A stretch of DNA of 64,000 bases from Alphaproteobacteria bacterium (GTDB lineage: Bacteria > Pseudomonadota > Alphaproteobacteria > UBA828), in the NCBI GenBank assembly GCA_965220745.1, contig CBDCQT010000005.1:352001-416000 (forward strand). Direction: 5' to 3'. Numbering within the stretch: the stretch's first letter is position 1; each line of letters opens with the position of its first letter. Positions 39,488-48,617 of this stretch are shown piece after piece. The notes beneath the pieces were generated by a model. The model was not told where the DNA came from. It was given only the letters and a program-made list of their open reading frames with translations, and ran no database searches. A program made the translations under genes and the position numbers.

Positions 39488-40273
39488 CTAAAGGCGGAAG
39501 CGGTCGCCGAGGTAGACGCGCCGAACCTCGTCGTGGGAGACGATGTCCGAGGGCGCGCCCTCCATCAGCACGGCGCCCTCGTTGATGATGTAGGCGCGGT
39601 CGCAGATGTCGAGCGCCTCCCGCACGTTGTGGTCCGTCAGCAGCACGCCGATGCCGCGGTCCTTGAGGTGGGCCACGAGGTCGCGAATCTCCGCGACCGC
39701 GATCGGGTCGATCCCCGATAGCGGTTCGTCGAGCAGGACGAAGCGCGGCTTCGAGGCGAGAGAGCGGGCGATCTCGACCCGCCGGCGCTCGCCGCCCGAG
39801 AGCGCGAGCGAGGGCGTGCGCCGCAGATGGGTGATCGAGAACTCCGCCAGCAGCTCGTCGAGCACGAGCTCGCGCTCGTCGCGCGCCGGCACGGAAACCT
39901 CCAGCACGGCGCGGATGTTGTTCTCGACCGTGAGCCCGCGAAAGATCGAGGCCTCTTGCGGTAGGTAGCCGAGGCCGAGGCGGGCGCGGCGGTACATGGG
40001 AAATCCCGTGATGTCGTGCCCGTCGAGGAAGACACGGCCGTAGTCCGCCGCCATCAAACCGGTCATCAGGTAGAAGCAGGTGGTCTTGCCCGCGCCGTTG
40101 GGGCCGAGCAGGCCGACCGCCTCGCCGCGCTGGACCGTCAGGCTGAGGCCCCGCAGCACCGGCCGCTTCTTGAAGCTCTTTCCCAGGTTCTCGGCGCGCA
40201 GGCCCGGATTGCCGGCAAGGACGACCGGAGTCGCCGAGCCTCCCGCGGTGCCGGCGGTAGCGGGCCGTGTCAT
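39488..40273 (-). CDS. lptB: LPS export ABC ATPase LptB
   Basis: GPNGAGKTT, YLPQEASIFR, LSGGERRR, DEP, TDHNVRE, VRRVYLG. Confidence 0.96.
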   Translation of the reverse strand: MTRPATAGTAGGSATPVVLAGNPGLRAENLGKSFKKRPVLRGLSLTVQRGEAVGLLGPNGAGKTTCFYLMTGLMAADYGRVFLDGHDITGFPMYRRARLGLGYLPQEASIFRGLTVENNIRAVLEVSVPARDERELVLDELLAEFSITHLRRTPSLALSGGERRRVEIARSLASKPRFVLLDEPLSGIDPIAVAEIRDLVAHLKDRGIGVLLTDHNVREALDICDRAYIINEGAVLMEGAPSDIVSHDEVRRVYLGDRFRL

Positions 40274-40302
40274 GCGGCGATCACCTCGACGCCCTGCACG
40301 CG

Positions 40303-40863
40303 TTACTCTCCCCTATCCTCGGGCACGAACAGGCCCCGCACGCGCGTGCTGCCGCCGGAGACCCGGCTGACCCCCGATTCCAGGTCCATCGTCAGCGTCT
40401 CACCCCTGACGATGTTGTTGCCCCGATTCAGGACCACGCCGCCGGCGAGGTCGATGCGGCCGTTCTCGACGTCGTAGACGCCGCGCTGACCCTGCGCCGT
40501 CTCGTCCGGCGACGAGACGACGACACTGCCCTCGGCATCGATGCGCGAAACTCCCAGATTGCCTTGGCCGCCCTCGACATCGCGGTAGTAGACGGTGAGC
40601 ATGTCCGCGTTAAGCACCATCTCGCCCTGAACGGCCTTCACATCACCCTCGAAGATTGCGACGTTCTCCGACTGACGCACTTCGAGTGTATCCGCGGTGA
40701 TTTCGATCGCCTGGCTGGCCTCGTTTGTACCGCCCGCTGCGTCGTCCGAGTCCTGTGCCGCTCCCACCCCAGCCAGCATGACCGCGGCTGCGAGAGTGGA
40801 CGCGAGCAGACCGAGCCGCCACGGTCGCCACGCCGATCCCTGCCGGCTAACCCCGGCCTTCAT
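40303..40863 (-). CDS. lptA: LPS transport periplasmic protein LptA
   Basis: Signal peptide, IEITADTLEV, F.GDV.AVQG, RVRGLF; lies between lptC and lptB; start approximate. Confidence 0.9.
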   Translation of the reverse strand: MKAGVSRQGSAWRPWRLGLLASTLAAAVMLAGVGAAQDSDDAAGGTNEASQAIEITADTLEVRQSENVAIFEGDVKAVQGEMVLNADMLTVYYRDVEGGQGNLGVSRIDAEGSVVVSSPDETAQGQRGVYDVENGRIDLAGGVVLNRGNNIVRGETLTMDLESGVSRVSGGSTRVRGLFVPEDRGE

Positions 40864-41575
40864 CGCCTTGCTTCCCCAAAGCGTCATCGCTTCCTCCCAG
40901 CGCATCCGGGTACAGGGTCATCCGCACCCGGCCACCGAAGGTCATGACCTCTCCCCGGTCCCGGAGCGCGAAGTTGCCGGCGTCCAGCAGCCCGTGTGGG
41001 CCCGTGCCGCTCACCGGCTCGTCGCCCTTCGCGGTTCCCGCCGGCAGGTCGACATGGGCCTTCGAGGTGCGGAACTCGTGACCCGCGTCGGAGCGAACCG
41101 TCACGTCGCCGCTCAGGTCCAGCCGCTCGGCGTCGCGCTGGTATATGCCCTCGTTCGCCGTCAGCGCCAGCAGGCCGCTCCGTGCCGGATCGCCGAAAAT
41201 ATCGGCCTCGATCTCGCTGAGATGCACGATCGGCGAATCGCGTTCCGGCTGGAACGCCTCCGCTCCCCTCACGGCGAAGGGCCGGTTCTTCGCATCGGTC
41301 CCCTGATAGCTGGCATTGACCATCGTCAATCTGCCGTCGATCTCGGGATCCTCGGTCAGCGGGATGTGAACGCCCTCCTCCCCGCCGCTCACCAGAGGCC
41401 ACGCCACGACGAGGCCGAGGAGAGCCGCGGCCATCGCCGGCAGCAGGTAGCGCATGAGGCCGACGAAGCCGCTGTAACGGCCGGGGCGCGCGACGTCACC
41501 GCCATCCGCACGGTAGTGCCGGAGCCGGCCTGACGGCGTGGCACCGCTCGGCCCTCTGTCCCGTCCGGCGCTCAT
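40847..41575 (-). CDS. lptC: LPS export protein LptC
   Basis: YS.FV..MRYLLP, TM helix, beta-jellyroll segments; lies between kdsD and lptA. Confidence 0.88.
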   Translation of the reverse strand: MSAGRDRGPSGATPSGRLRHYRADGGDVARPGRYSGFVGLMRYLLPAMAAALLGLVVAWPLVSGGEEGVHIPLTEDPEIDGRLTMVNASYQGTDAKNRPFAVRGAEAFQPERDSPIVHLSEIEADIFGDPARSGLLALTANEGIYQRDAERLDLSGDVTVRSDAGHEFRTSKAHVDLPAGTAKGDEPVSGTGPHGLLDAGNFALRDRGEVMTFGGRVRMTLYPDALGGSDDALGKQGDEGRG

Positions 41576-42564
41576 GCCAGGCCCGCCCGCAGGCAGTCGT
41601 GAATGTGTACGACGCCGACGGGGCGCTCGCCTTCGACCACGAAGAGGCTGGTGATCTGGCGCTGGTTCATCAGGTGCACGGCCTCCGCGCCGAGCGCGCC
41701 GGCATGAATCGTTACCGGATCGCGCGTCATGAGCTCGGACACCGGCTTCTGCAGGAGGCCGGCGTCCATGTGGCGTCTGAGGTCGCCGTCGGTCACGATG
41801 CCGACCAGCACGCCGCGCGCGTCGGTCGCGCCGACGCAGCCGAGGCGCTTCGCCGTCATCACGATCAGCGCCTCCGCCATAGTCGTGTCGGCAGGAACGA
41901 GGGGCAGAGCGTCGCCCGCGTGCATGATGTCGGCGACCCGGACCAGCCGCCGACCGAGTTTGCCGCCCGGATGATAGAGCTTGAAGTCCTCGGCCGTGAG
42001 GCCCTTGCGCTCCAGCAGGGCAACCGCAAGCGCATCGCCCAGCGCCAGCATCATGATGGTGGACGTCGTCGGCGCCAGTCCCAGTGTCCCGGCTTCCGGC
42101 TCGTCGGGCAGGACGAGCGCGACGGTGGCCGAGTCGGCCAGCGTGCTCGGCGCCCGGCCCACGATGGCGATGAGCGGGATGTGGAAGCGTGTGGCGTAAT
42201 TCACGAGATCGGCGAGTTCCGGCGTCTCGCCCGAGTTCGAGAGCATCAGCAGCGTATCCGCCTCGGTGATCATGCCGAGATCGCCGTGGCTCGCCTCCGC
42301 CGGGTGAACGAAGAGCGCCGGCGCCCCGGTCGAGGCGAAAGTTGCCGCGATCTTGTTGGCGATGTGGCCGCTTTTGCCCATGCCGGAGAGCACGATCCGC
42401 CCCCGCGTGGCTGCCAGCAGCTCCGTCGCCTCGACGAAGCGGCCGGTCAGCGCCTCGGCCAGCCGCGCGAGCGCGCGCGACTCCTGGGCTACCACCCGGC
42501 GTGCGGCGGCAAGGTCGTCATGCTCGATCACGTCGAGCGCGGCGGATGCGACGGTCGGACTCAC
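41572..42564 (-). CDS. kdsD: Arabinose-5-phosphate isomerase (KpsF/GutQ, SIS plus 2 CBS)
   Basis: GMGKSGHI, HPAEASHGDLG, SNSGET, APTTST, HPGG.LG, TDGDLRR. Confidence 0.95.
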   Translation of the reverse strand: MSPTVASAALDVIEHDDLAAARRVVAQESRALARLAEALTGRFVEATELLAATRGRIVLSGMGKSGHIANKIAATFASTGAPALFVHPAEASHGDLGMITEADTLLMLSNSGETPELADLVNYATRFHIPLIAIVGRAPSTLADSATVALVLPDEPEAGTLGLAPTTSTIMMLALGDALAVALLERKGLTAEDFKLYHPGGKLGRRLVRVADIMHAGDALPLVPADTTMAEALIVMTAKRLGCVGATDARGVLVGIVTDGDLRRHMDAGLLQKPVSELMTRDPVTIHAGALGAEAVHLMNQRQITSLFVVEGERPVGVVHIHDCLRAGLA

Positions 42565-42567
42565 TGA

Positions 42568-42676
42568 ATTCGAATTTTGTTCAAATCAAGGCAAGCATGA
42601 TGCGGGCACGGCTTCGCGTCAATGTATTGTGCCGGTCTTGTGCCCCGTCAACGGAAGGTAGCCCAACATATTGTAT
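42568..42676. promoter_or_regulatory. LexA-like box plus two NrdR-like boxes upstream of kdsD-lptCAB
   Basis: ATTC-GAATTTT-GTTC (42568-42582); CAATGTATTG (42620-42629); CAACATATTG (42664-42673). Confidence 0.45.
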
Positions 42677-42805
42677 GCCGAAGTCGGCACAGCGGTTGAC
42701 CGGATGTGGCGCTCGGTGTGCACGGCGACTCGATCGGTCGGCATTCCTTGACCCGGTGGCGGGCGGGCCTATCCTGCGCCGGTCGAGGGCCGGAGACGAG
42801 CGATC

Positions 42806-43801
42806 ATGGAAACTGTCGAGGCGATCGGCGCGGACGCGCCGCCGAGGGCTGCGCACGCGCTCAGGCATGACTGGTCCGTGGCGGAGGTCGAGGCGCTGCT
42901 GGCACTGCCCTTCGCCGAGCTGATGTTCCGCGCGCAGACCGCCCATCGCCGCCACTTCGACCCCAACCAGGTGCAGATGTCGACGCTCTTGAGCATCAAG
43001 ACCGGCGGCTGCCCCGAGGACTGCGCCTATTGCCCGCAGAGCGCGCGCTACGACACCGGGCTGGACGCGGGCAAGCTGATGTCTCGCGACGAAGTGCTGG
43101 CCGAGGCCCGCCGGGCCCGCGATGCCGGGGCCACCCGCTACTGCATGGGCGCCGCCTGGCGCAGCCCGAAGGACCGCGACCTGGATGCGGTGGCCGAGAT
43201 GGTCGCCGGCGTCAAGGCGCTCGGCATGGAGACCTGCGTCACCCTCGGCATGCTGAGCGCACCCCAGGCCGCACGCCTCGCCGACGCCGGTCTCGACTAC
43301 TACAACCACAACCTCGACACCTCCGAATCGTTCTACGGCGAGATCATCACCACGCGCACCTATCAGGACCGGCTCGACACCCTGGGCCACGTGCGCGATG
43401 CCGGCATCAACGTCTGCTGCGGCGGCATCGTCGGCATGGGCGAAGCGCGCCGCGATCGCGCGGACATGATCGCGACGCTTGCGAGCCTGCCGAGCCATCC
43501 GGAGAGCGTGCCCATCAACATGCTGGTGCAGGTCGAGGGCACGCCGCTCAACGGCATGGACGCGCTCGATCCCTTCGAGTTCGTGCGCACGGTGGCGGTG
43601 GCACGCATCACCATGCCGGGCTCGGTGGTGCGGCTCTCCGCCGGGCGCGAGCAAATGTCGGACGAGATGCAGGCCCTGGCGTTCCTCGCCGGCGCCAACT
43701 CGGTGTTCGTAGGGCCCGAGCTGCTCACGACGCCCAATCCCGGCCGCGAACGAGACACCCAGCTCTTCGCCCGCCTCGGCATCGCGCCGATGCCGGCTTA
43801 G
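42806..43801 (+). CDS. bioB: Biotin synthase
   Basis: [17 protein letters not shown] radical-SAM motif, [27 protein letters not shown]. Confidence 0.97.
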   Translation: METVEAIGADAPPRAAHALRHDWSVAEVEALLALPFAELMFRAQTAHRRHFDPNQVQMSTLLSIKTGGCPEDCAYCPQSARYDTGLDAGKLMSRDEVLAEARRARDAGATRYCMGAAWRSPKDRDLDAVAEMVAGVKALGMETCVTLGMLSAPQAARLADAGLDYYNHNLDTSESFYGEIITTRTYQDRLDTLGHVRDAGINVCCGGIVGMGEARRDRADMIATLASLPSHPESVPINMLVQVEGTPLNGMDALDPFEFVRTVAVARITMPGSVVRLSAGREQMSDEMQALAFLAGANSVFVGPELLTTPNPGRERDTQLFARLGIAPMPA

Positions 43802-43849
43802 GGCGCGGGCGGGCTAGCGCTCGCCGCGGCACGCCGCACCCCCGATGAC

Positions 43850-45133
43850 ATGACCGTGCCGTCGCCTCCCGACTGGCTGGCCGAGGGCTACGGCCACGTC
43901 TGGCTGCCCTACACGCAGATGGCGAGCGCGCCGCCGCCGCTGCCGGTGGCCGAGACCAGGGGCACGCGCATCGTCCTCGCCGATGGCCGCGAGCTGATCG
44001 ACGGAATCGCGTCGTGGTGGACCGCCTGCCACGGCTACAACCACCCGCACATCCGCGCCGCCGTCGCCAAGCAGTTGGAGCGCATGCCCCACGTGATGTT
44101 CGGCGGCCTCGCCAACGAGCCCGCGCTCAGGCTGGCCCGCCGCCTCGCCGGCATGCTCCCCGATCCGCTCAGCCGGGTGTTCTTCTCGGAATCGGGCTCG
44201 GTGGCGGTGGAGATCGCGCTCAAGATGGCGCTGCAGTACTGGCTCAACCAGGGCGTGCGCGGCCGCCACCGCTTCGTGAGCTTCCAGGGCGCCTATCACG
44301 GCGACACCTTCGCCGCCATGTCGGTGTGCGATCCCGAGGAGGGCATGCACAGCCTGTTCGCCGGCGCGCTGCCGGAGCAGCACGTGGTGCCGTTGCCCGA
44401 GGGCGAGGCGGGTATCGCCGCCTTCGATGCCTACCTCGCCCGCCATGGGGAGGATGTGGCGGCGGTCATCGTCGAGCCGCTGGTCCAGGGCGCGGGCGGG
44501 ATGCGCTTCCACGCGCCGGAGGTGCTGCACACCCTGCGTGCGGCCTGCGACAGGCACGACCTGCTGCTCATCGCCGACGAGATCATGACCGGGTTCGGCC
44601 GCACCGGCACGCTCTTCGCCTGCGAGCAGGCGGACGTGGTGCCGGACATCGTCACGCTCTCCAAGGCGCTCACCGGCGGCACCATGGCGCTGGCTGCCAC
44701 GGTGGCGCGCGAGCGGGTGTTCGAGGCCTTCCTCTCGAACGACCCCGATGCCGCTCTCATGCACGGGCCGACCTTCATGGCCAATCCCCTGGCTTGCGCC
44801 GCCGCCAACGCCTCCCTCGACCTGTTCGAGCAGGAGCCCCGCCTTGCGCAGGCGCGCGCCATCGAAACCCACCTCACCGCCGCTCTGGAGCCTGCGCGGG
44901 GGCTGCCCGGCGTGCTCGATGTTCGGACGCGAGGCGCCATCGGCGTCATCCAGATCGACGACATGAGCCGCATCAACTGGCTCAAGGCGCGGTTCGTCGA
45001 GGCCGGCGTCTGGGTCCGGCCCTTCGGCGATATCGTCTACGTGACCCCCGCGCTCACCATCGACAAGGCCGACCTCTCCCGGCTCACGGACGCGCTGATC
45101 GACGTCGTCACGGCGTGGTCAAGGGAGCGTTAG
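43850..45133 (+). CDS. bioA: Adenosylmethionine--8-amino-7-oxononanoate aminotransferase
   Basis: WLPYTQM, DGIASWW, SGSVAVE.ALKMA, YHGDT, DEIMTGFGRTG, SKALTGG, HGPTFMANP. Confidence 0.95.
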   Translation: MTVPSPPDWLAEGYGHVWLPYTQMASAPPPLPVAETRGTRIVLADGRELIDGIASWWTACHGYNHPHIRAAVAKQLERMPHVMFGGLANEPALRLARRLAGMLPDPLSRVFFSESGSVAVEIALKMALQYWLNQGVRGRHRFVSFQGAYHGDTFAAMSVCDPEEGMHSLFAGALPEQHVVPLPEGEAGIAAFDAYLARHGEDVAAVIVEPLVQGAGGMRFHAPEVLHTLRAACDRHDLLLIADEIMTGFGRTGTLFACEQADVVPDIVTLSKALTGGTMALAATVARERVFEAFLSNDPDAALMHGPTFMANPLACAAANASLDLFEQEPRLAQARAIETHLTAALEPARGLPGVLDVRTRGAIGVIQIDDMSRINWLKARFVEAGVWVRPFGDIVYVTPALTIDKADLSRLTDALIDVVTAWSRER

Positions 45134-45147
45134 CGCCCGCCCAAGCC

Positions 45148-46740
45148 TCAGTCGAACACGACCGAGGGCAGCCAGGTGGTGAGCTCGGGAAACAGGCCGA
45201 GCACGGCGAGCGCGGCAAGCTGGATGATGACGAAGGGAATGACCCCCCGGTAGATCTCACCGGTGCGCACCGTGCGCGGCGCGACGCCACGCAGGTAGAA
45301 GAGCGAGAAGCCGAAGGGCGGGGTCAGGAACGAGGTCTGCAGGTTCACCGCCATCATGATGCCGAGCCAGATCGGATTGATGTCCATCTGCAGCAGCACC
45401 GGCGCGATGATCGGGACCACCACGAAGGTGATCTCGATAAAGTCGAGGAAGAAGCCGAGCGCGAACATGATCAGCATGACCACGAGCATCGCGCCGATGA
45501 CTCCGCCCGGCACGTTCGAGAGCGCCTGGTGGACCATCTCGTCGCCGCCGAGGCCGCGGAACACCAGCGAGAACATGGCGGCACCGATCAGGATGACGAA
45601 GACCATGGCGCTGATCTGCATGGTCGAGCGCATGACCGGCACGAGCACGCCGGCGCGCCAGACCCGCCAGAGGCTCGTCCAGATCCCGTAGACGAGAAGC
45701 CCGCAGCAGATGAAGGCGACGACGGCCGGCGCGCCGATGCCGGCCCGTGTGATTACGAGGTCGAACTGCCCGGCGAGGATCATCATCAGGATCAAGGCGC
45801 CGCCCGCGAGGTAGAGCGGGGCGCTGCCGACGCTGCGCTCGAGCCTGGTGCCGCCTTCGGGCGCGAGCCGGGCGCCCGCGAGGATCAGCGAGCCCACGGC
45901 GCCCACCGCCGCAGCCTCGGTCGGGGTCGCGATGCCGCCGAGGATGGAACCCAGAACGGCGATGATGAGCACGATCGGCGGCACCAGCGCGCGGCCGGTG
46001 CGCCGCCACACCTCGCGCCAGTCGCCGCCCAGCTCGCCGCGCGGAATCGCCGGGGCCGCCGCCGGGCGCAGCCAGGCGACGACCATCAGATAGAGCATGT
46101 AGAGGCCGACCAGCACCATGCCCGGCAGCAGGGCGCCGGCGAAGAGGTCGCCCACCGAGACCGGCTCCGGCGACCAGTTGCCGATGGCGCGCTGGGCATC
46201 GACATAGGCGTTGGAGATCTGCTCGCCGAGGATCACGAGGACGATGGAGGGCGGGATGATCTGGCCCAAGGTGCCGGAGGCGCAGATCGTCCCGGTCGCG
46301 AGCTTGGGGTCGTAGCCGCGCCTCAGCATCGTCGGCAGCGAGAGCAGGCCCATGGTCACAACCGTGGCGCCCACGATCCCGGTGGAGGCGGCGAGCAGCG
46401 CGCCAACGGCAATCACCGAGAGCCCGATGCCGCCGCGCAGGCCGCCGAAGAGGCGCCCCATGGCCTCGAGCAGCTCTTCCGCCACCTTCGAGCGTTCCAG
46501 CATCACACCCATGAAGATGAAGAGCGGCACCGCGATCAGCACCTCGTTCCACATCGCGTTGCCGAAGATGCGCTGCGGCATGGCGCGCAAGAAGCTGATG
46601 TCGAAGACGCCGAAGGCGTAGGAGAAGAGCCCGAACAGCGCGGCCACGCCCGAGAGCGTGAAGGCGACCGGGAAGCCCGCCAGAAGGCAGGCGAAGGTCG
46701 TCACGAACATGACGATGACCAGGACTTCGCCGATGGGCAT
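45148..46740 (-). CDS. TRAP transporter large permease DctM
   Basis: GFPVAFTL, AVPLFIFMG, ASGTLGQIIPPS, TPTEAAAVG, QTSFLTPPFG. Confidence 0.94.
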   Translation of the reverse strand: MPIGEVLVIVMFVTTFACLLAGFPVAFTLSGVAALFGLFSYAFGVFDISFLRAMPQRIFGNAMWNEVLIAVPLFIFMGVMLERSKVAEELLEAMGRLFGGLRGGIGLSVIAVGALLAASTGIVGATVVTMGLLSLPTMLRRGYDPKLATGTICASGTLGQIIPPSIVLVILGEQISNAYVDAQRAIGNWSPEPVSVGDLFAGALLPGMVLVGLYMLYLMVVAWLRPAAAPAIPRGELGGDWREVWRRTGRALVPPIVLIIAVLGSILGGIATPTEAAAVGAVGSLILAGARLAPEGGTRLERSVGSAPLYLAGGALILMMILAGQFDLVITRAGIGAPAVVAFICCGLLVYGIWTSLWRVWRAGVLVPVMRSTMQISAMVFVILIGAAMFSLVFRGLGGDEMVHQALSNVPGGVIGAMLVVMLIMFALGFFLDFIEITFVVVPIIAPVLLQMDINPIWLGIMMAVNLQTSFLTPPFGFSLFYLRGVAPRTVRTGEIYRGVIPFVIIQLAALAVLGLFPELTTWLPSVVFD

Positions 46741-46746
46741 GGCGTA

Positions 46747-47310
46747 TCAGGCGGTCCCGCCGCCGGCTTCTGCGATGTCGTCGTGGCTCGCCTGGCGGCC
46801 GGCAAGGGTCAGCAACGCGTGAAACGCGAGGGAGAGTCCCTGAAAGGCGATCAGCACCACGAACGCGAGGATCATCGACTTCAGCGCATAGATCGCCGGA
46901 ATGCCGCTGGTTTCCGCCGAGCTTTCGAACACCGACCAGGACTGCTCCACATAGGGCCAGCTCGCCCAGCCGATGATCACGCAAACCGGCATTAGAAACA
47001 GAATCACGCCCATGAGATCGATGAGCGCGCGCCGGCGCGGGCGCGCATCGCGGTAGAAGATATCGACCCGGACGTGACCGCCGTGGAGCAGCGTGTAGCC
47101 CGCACCAACCAGAAAGAGGGTGGCGTGGAGGTAGATCACTCCCTCCTGCATCGCGATGAAGCCCCACCCAAAGATGTAGCGCATCACCACGACGACGAAC
47201 TGAAGGAGCACCATGAGCAGCGCGAGCCACGACGCGACGCGGCCGACGTGCTCGTTGACCACGTCGATTGCGCGTGTGAGCGCGGCTATTACCGAGAGAG
47301 ACGCCTGCAT
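46747..47310 (-). CDS. TRAP transporter small permease DctQ
   Basis: Four TM helices, VVMRY.F, GHVRVDIFY. Confidence 0.92.
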   Translation of the reverse strand: MQASLSVIAALTRAIDVVNEHVGRVASWLALLMVLLQFVVVVMRYIFGWGFIAMQEGVIYLHATLFLVGAGYTLLHGGHVRVDIFYRDARPRRRALIDLMGVILFLMPVCVIIGWASWPYVEQSWSVFESSAETSGIPAIYALKSMILAFVVLIAFQGLSLAFHALLTLAGRQASHDDIAEAGGGTA

Positions 47311-47388
47311 CTCATGTCAGCCGGCCGGCGCTCCTTTCAGGCGGCCAGCGCTCAGGCGCGGCGGCGGCCCTCATGCCCGCCTCTCCGA

Positions 47389-47450
47389 CGCCCCGCAGCG
47401 GCGCCGGGCTATTTTCGTTGCGACGGCGCCGTTCAGGGCGGGCTTGCACC
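47389..47450. other. Long GC-rich inverted repeat between dctP and dctQ (possible mRNA-stabilising hairpin)
   Basis: CGCCC..CGGCGCCG ... CGGCGCCG..GGGCG arms; common position downstream of binding-protein genes. Confidence 0.4.
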
Positions 47451-47481
47451 GCCCGCCCCGAACGCACGCCTGGCCGGCGTA

Positions 47482-48588
47482 CTACGCGGTCAGGAGCCGG
47501 GCGTTCCCGTAAGCCAACTCCGAGCGCTCGTGGTAGGGCACCGCAGTCTTGCGGAATGCGCTGAAGCTTTCGTAGACGCGTTGCGTGATGCCGCCTTCGG
47601 CGCCGACCTCGGCGACCACGTCGGCCGAATTCTCTCCGAGCGCCTTCAACATCTCGTCCGACACGCGTCGCACCTGGACGCCGTGCTCGTTGATGAGCGT
47701 GTCCAGCGCCCCGGCGTTACGCGCGTTGAACTCGGCCAGCATGGCGGCGTTGTCGGCTGCGCAGCAGCTCTCGATCAGGCTCTGGTCCGCGGCGCTGAGG
47801 CTCTCCCACACGCCACGGTTGACGCCGCAGGTCAGGACCGTGCCGGGCTCGTGGAAACCGGGCCAGTAGTAGTACTTGGTCACCTTGTAAAAGCCGAAGG
47901 CGAGGTCGTTCCACGGCCCCACCCATTCGGTGGCGTCGATGGTGCCGGCCTCAAGCGCGGGATAGATCTCGCCGCCCGGCAGCAGCAGGGCGTTCGCGCC
48001 GATGCGGCGCAGCACCTCGCCGCCGAGGCCCGGCATGCGCATCTTCAGGCCCTTGTAGTCCTCGAGCGAGTTCATCTCCTTGTTGAACCAGCCGCCCCAC
48101 TGGACGCCGGTGTTGCCGGCGAGGAAGGGCTTCACGTTGAAGTCGGCGGATAGCTCGTCCCAGAGCTCCTGGCCGCCTGCATGGTAGATCCAGGCATTGA
48201 CCTCGTCCGCGGTGAGCCCGAAGGGCACGGTGGCGAAGAAGTTGAAGGCCTTGGACTTGCCCTGCCAGTAGTACTCGGCGGAGTGGTACATGTCCGCAGC
48301 GCCCTCCGAGACCGCGTCGAAGCAGCCCAGGGGCGGCACCAGCTCGCCGCCGCCATAGTGCTTGACCTCGATCCGCCCCTCGGTCGCATTCGTGATGCGG
48401 TCGGCAAGCCGCTGCGCGCCGGTGCCGAGGCCGGGGAACTGCTTCGGCCACGAGGTGGCCAGTTTGAGTTGCATCTTGCCCTGCGAGATCGCGGGCGCCG
48501 GGAACGACGATGCCGCCGCGGCCGCCACGGCGGCTCCTGCGATGGCCGTTCCCTTGAGAAGGCTGCGTCTTCCGATCTTCGTACTCAT
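47482..48588 (-). CDS. TRAP substrate-binding protein, TakP/DctP family, Tat-exported
   Basis: GRRSLLK twin-arginine signal, PAPAISQ, TSWPK, YYWQGK, GNTGVQWGGW, LKMRMPGLGG, EWVGP. Confidence 0.93.
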   Translation of the reverse strand: MSTKIGRRSLLKGTAIAGAAVAAAAASSFPAPAISQGKMQLKLATSWPKQFPGLGTGAQRLADRITNATEGRIEVKHYGGGELVPPLGCFDAVSEGAADMYHSAEYYWQGKSKAFNFFATVPFGLTADEVNAWIYHAGGQELWDELSADFNVKPFLAGNTGVQWGGWFNKEMNSLEDYKGLKMRMPGLGGEVLRRIGANALLLPGGEIYPALEAGTIDATEWVGPWNDLAFGFYKVTKYYYWPGFHEPGTVLTCGVNRGVWESLSAADQSLIESCCAADNAAMLAEFNARNAGALDTLINEHGVQVRRVSDEMLKALGENSADVVAEVGAEGGITQRVYESFSAFRKTAVPYHERSELAYGNARLLTA

Positions 48589-48617
48589 TTCCTTGGGTCT
48601 CCCTTCGATGGTTCCGG

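Noticed and set aside
42646-42700. GTCAAC...GTTGAC as a BirA operator for bioB
   Set aside because: The half-sites are about 43 bp apart, far more than the roughly 14-16 bp in BirA operators
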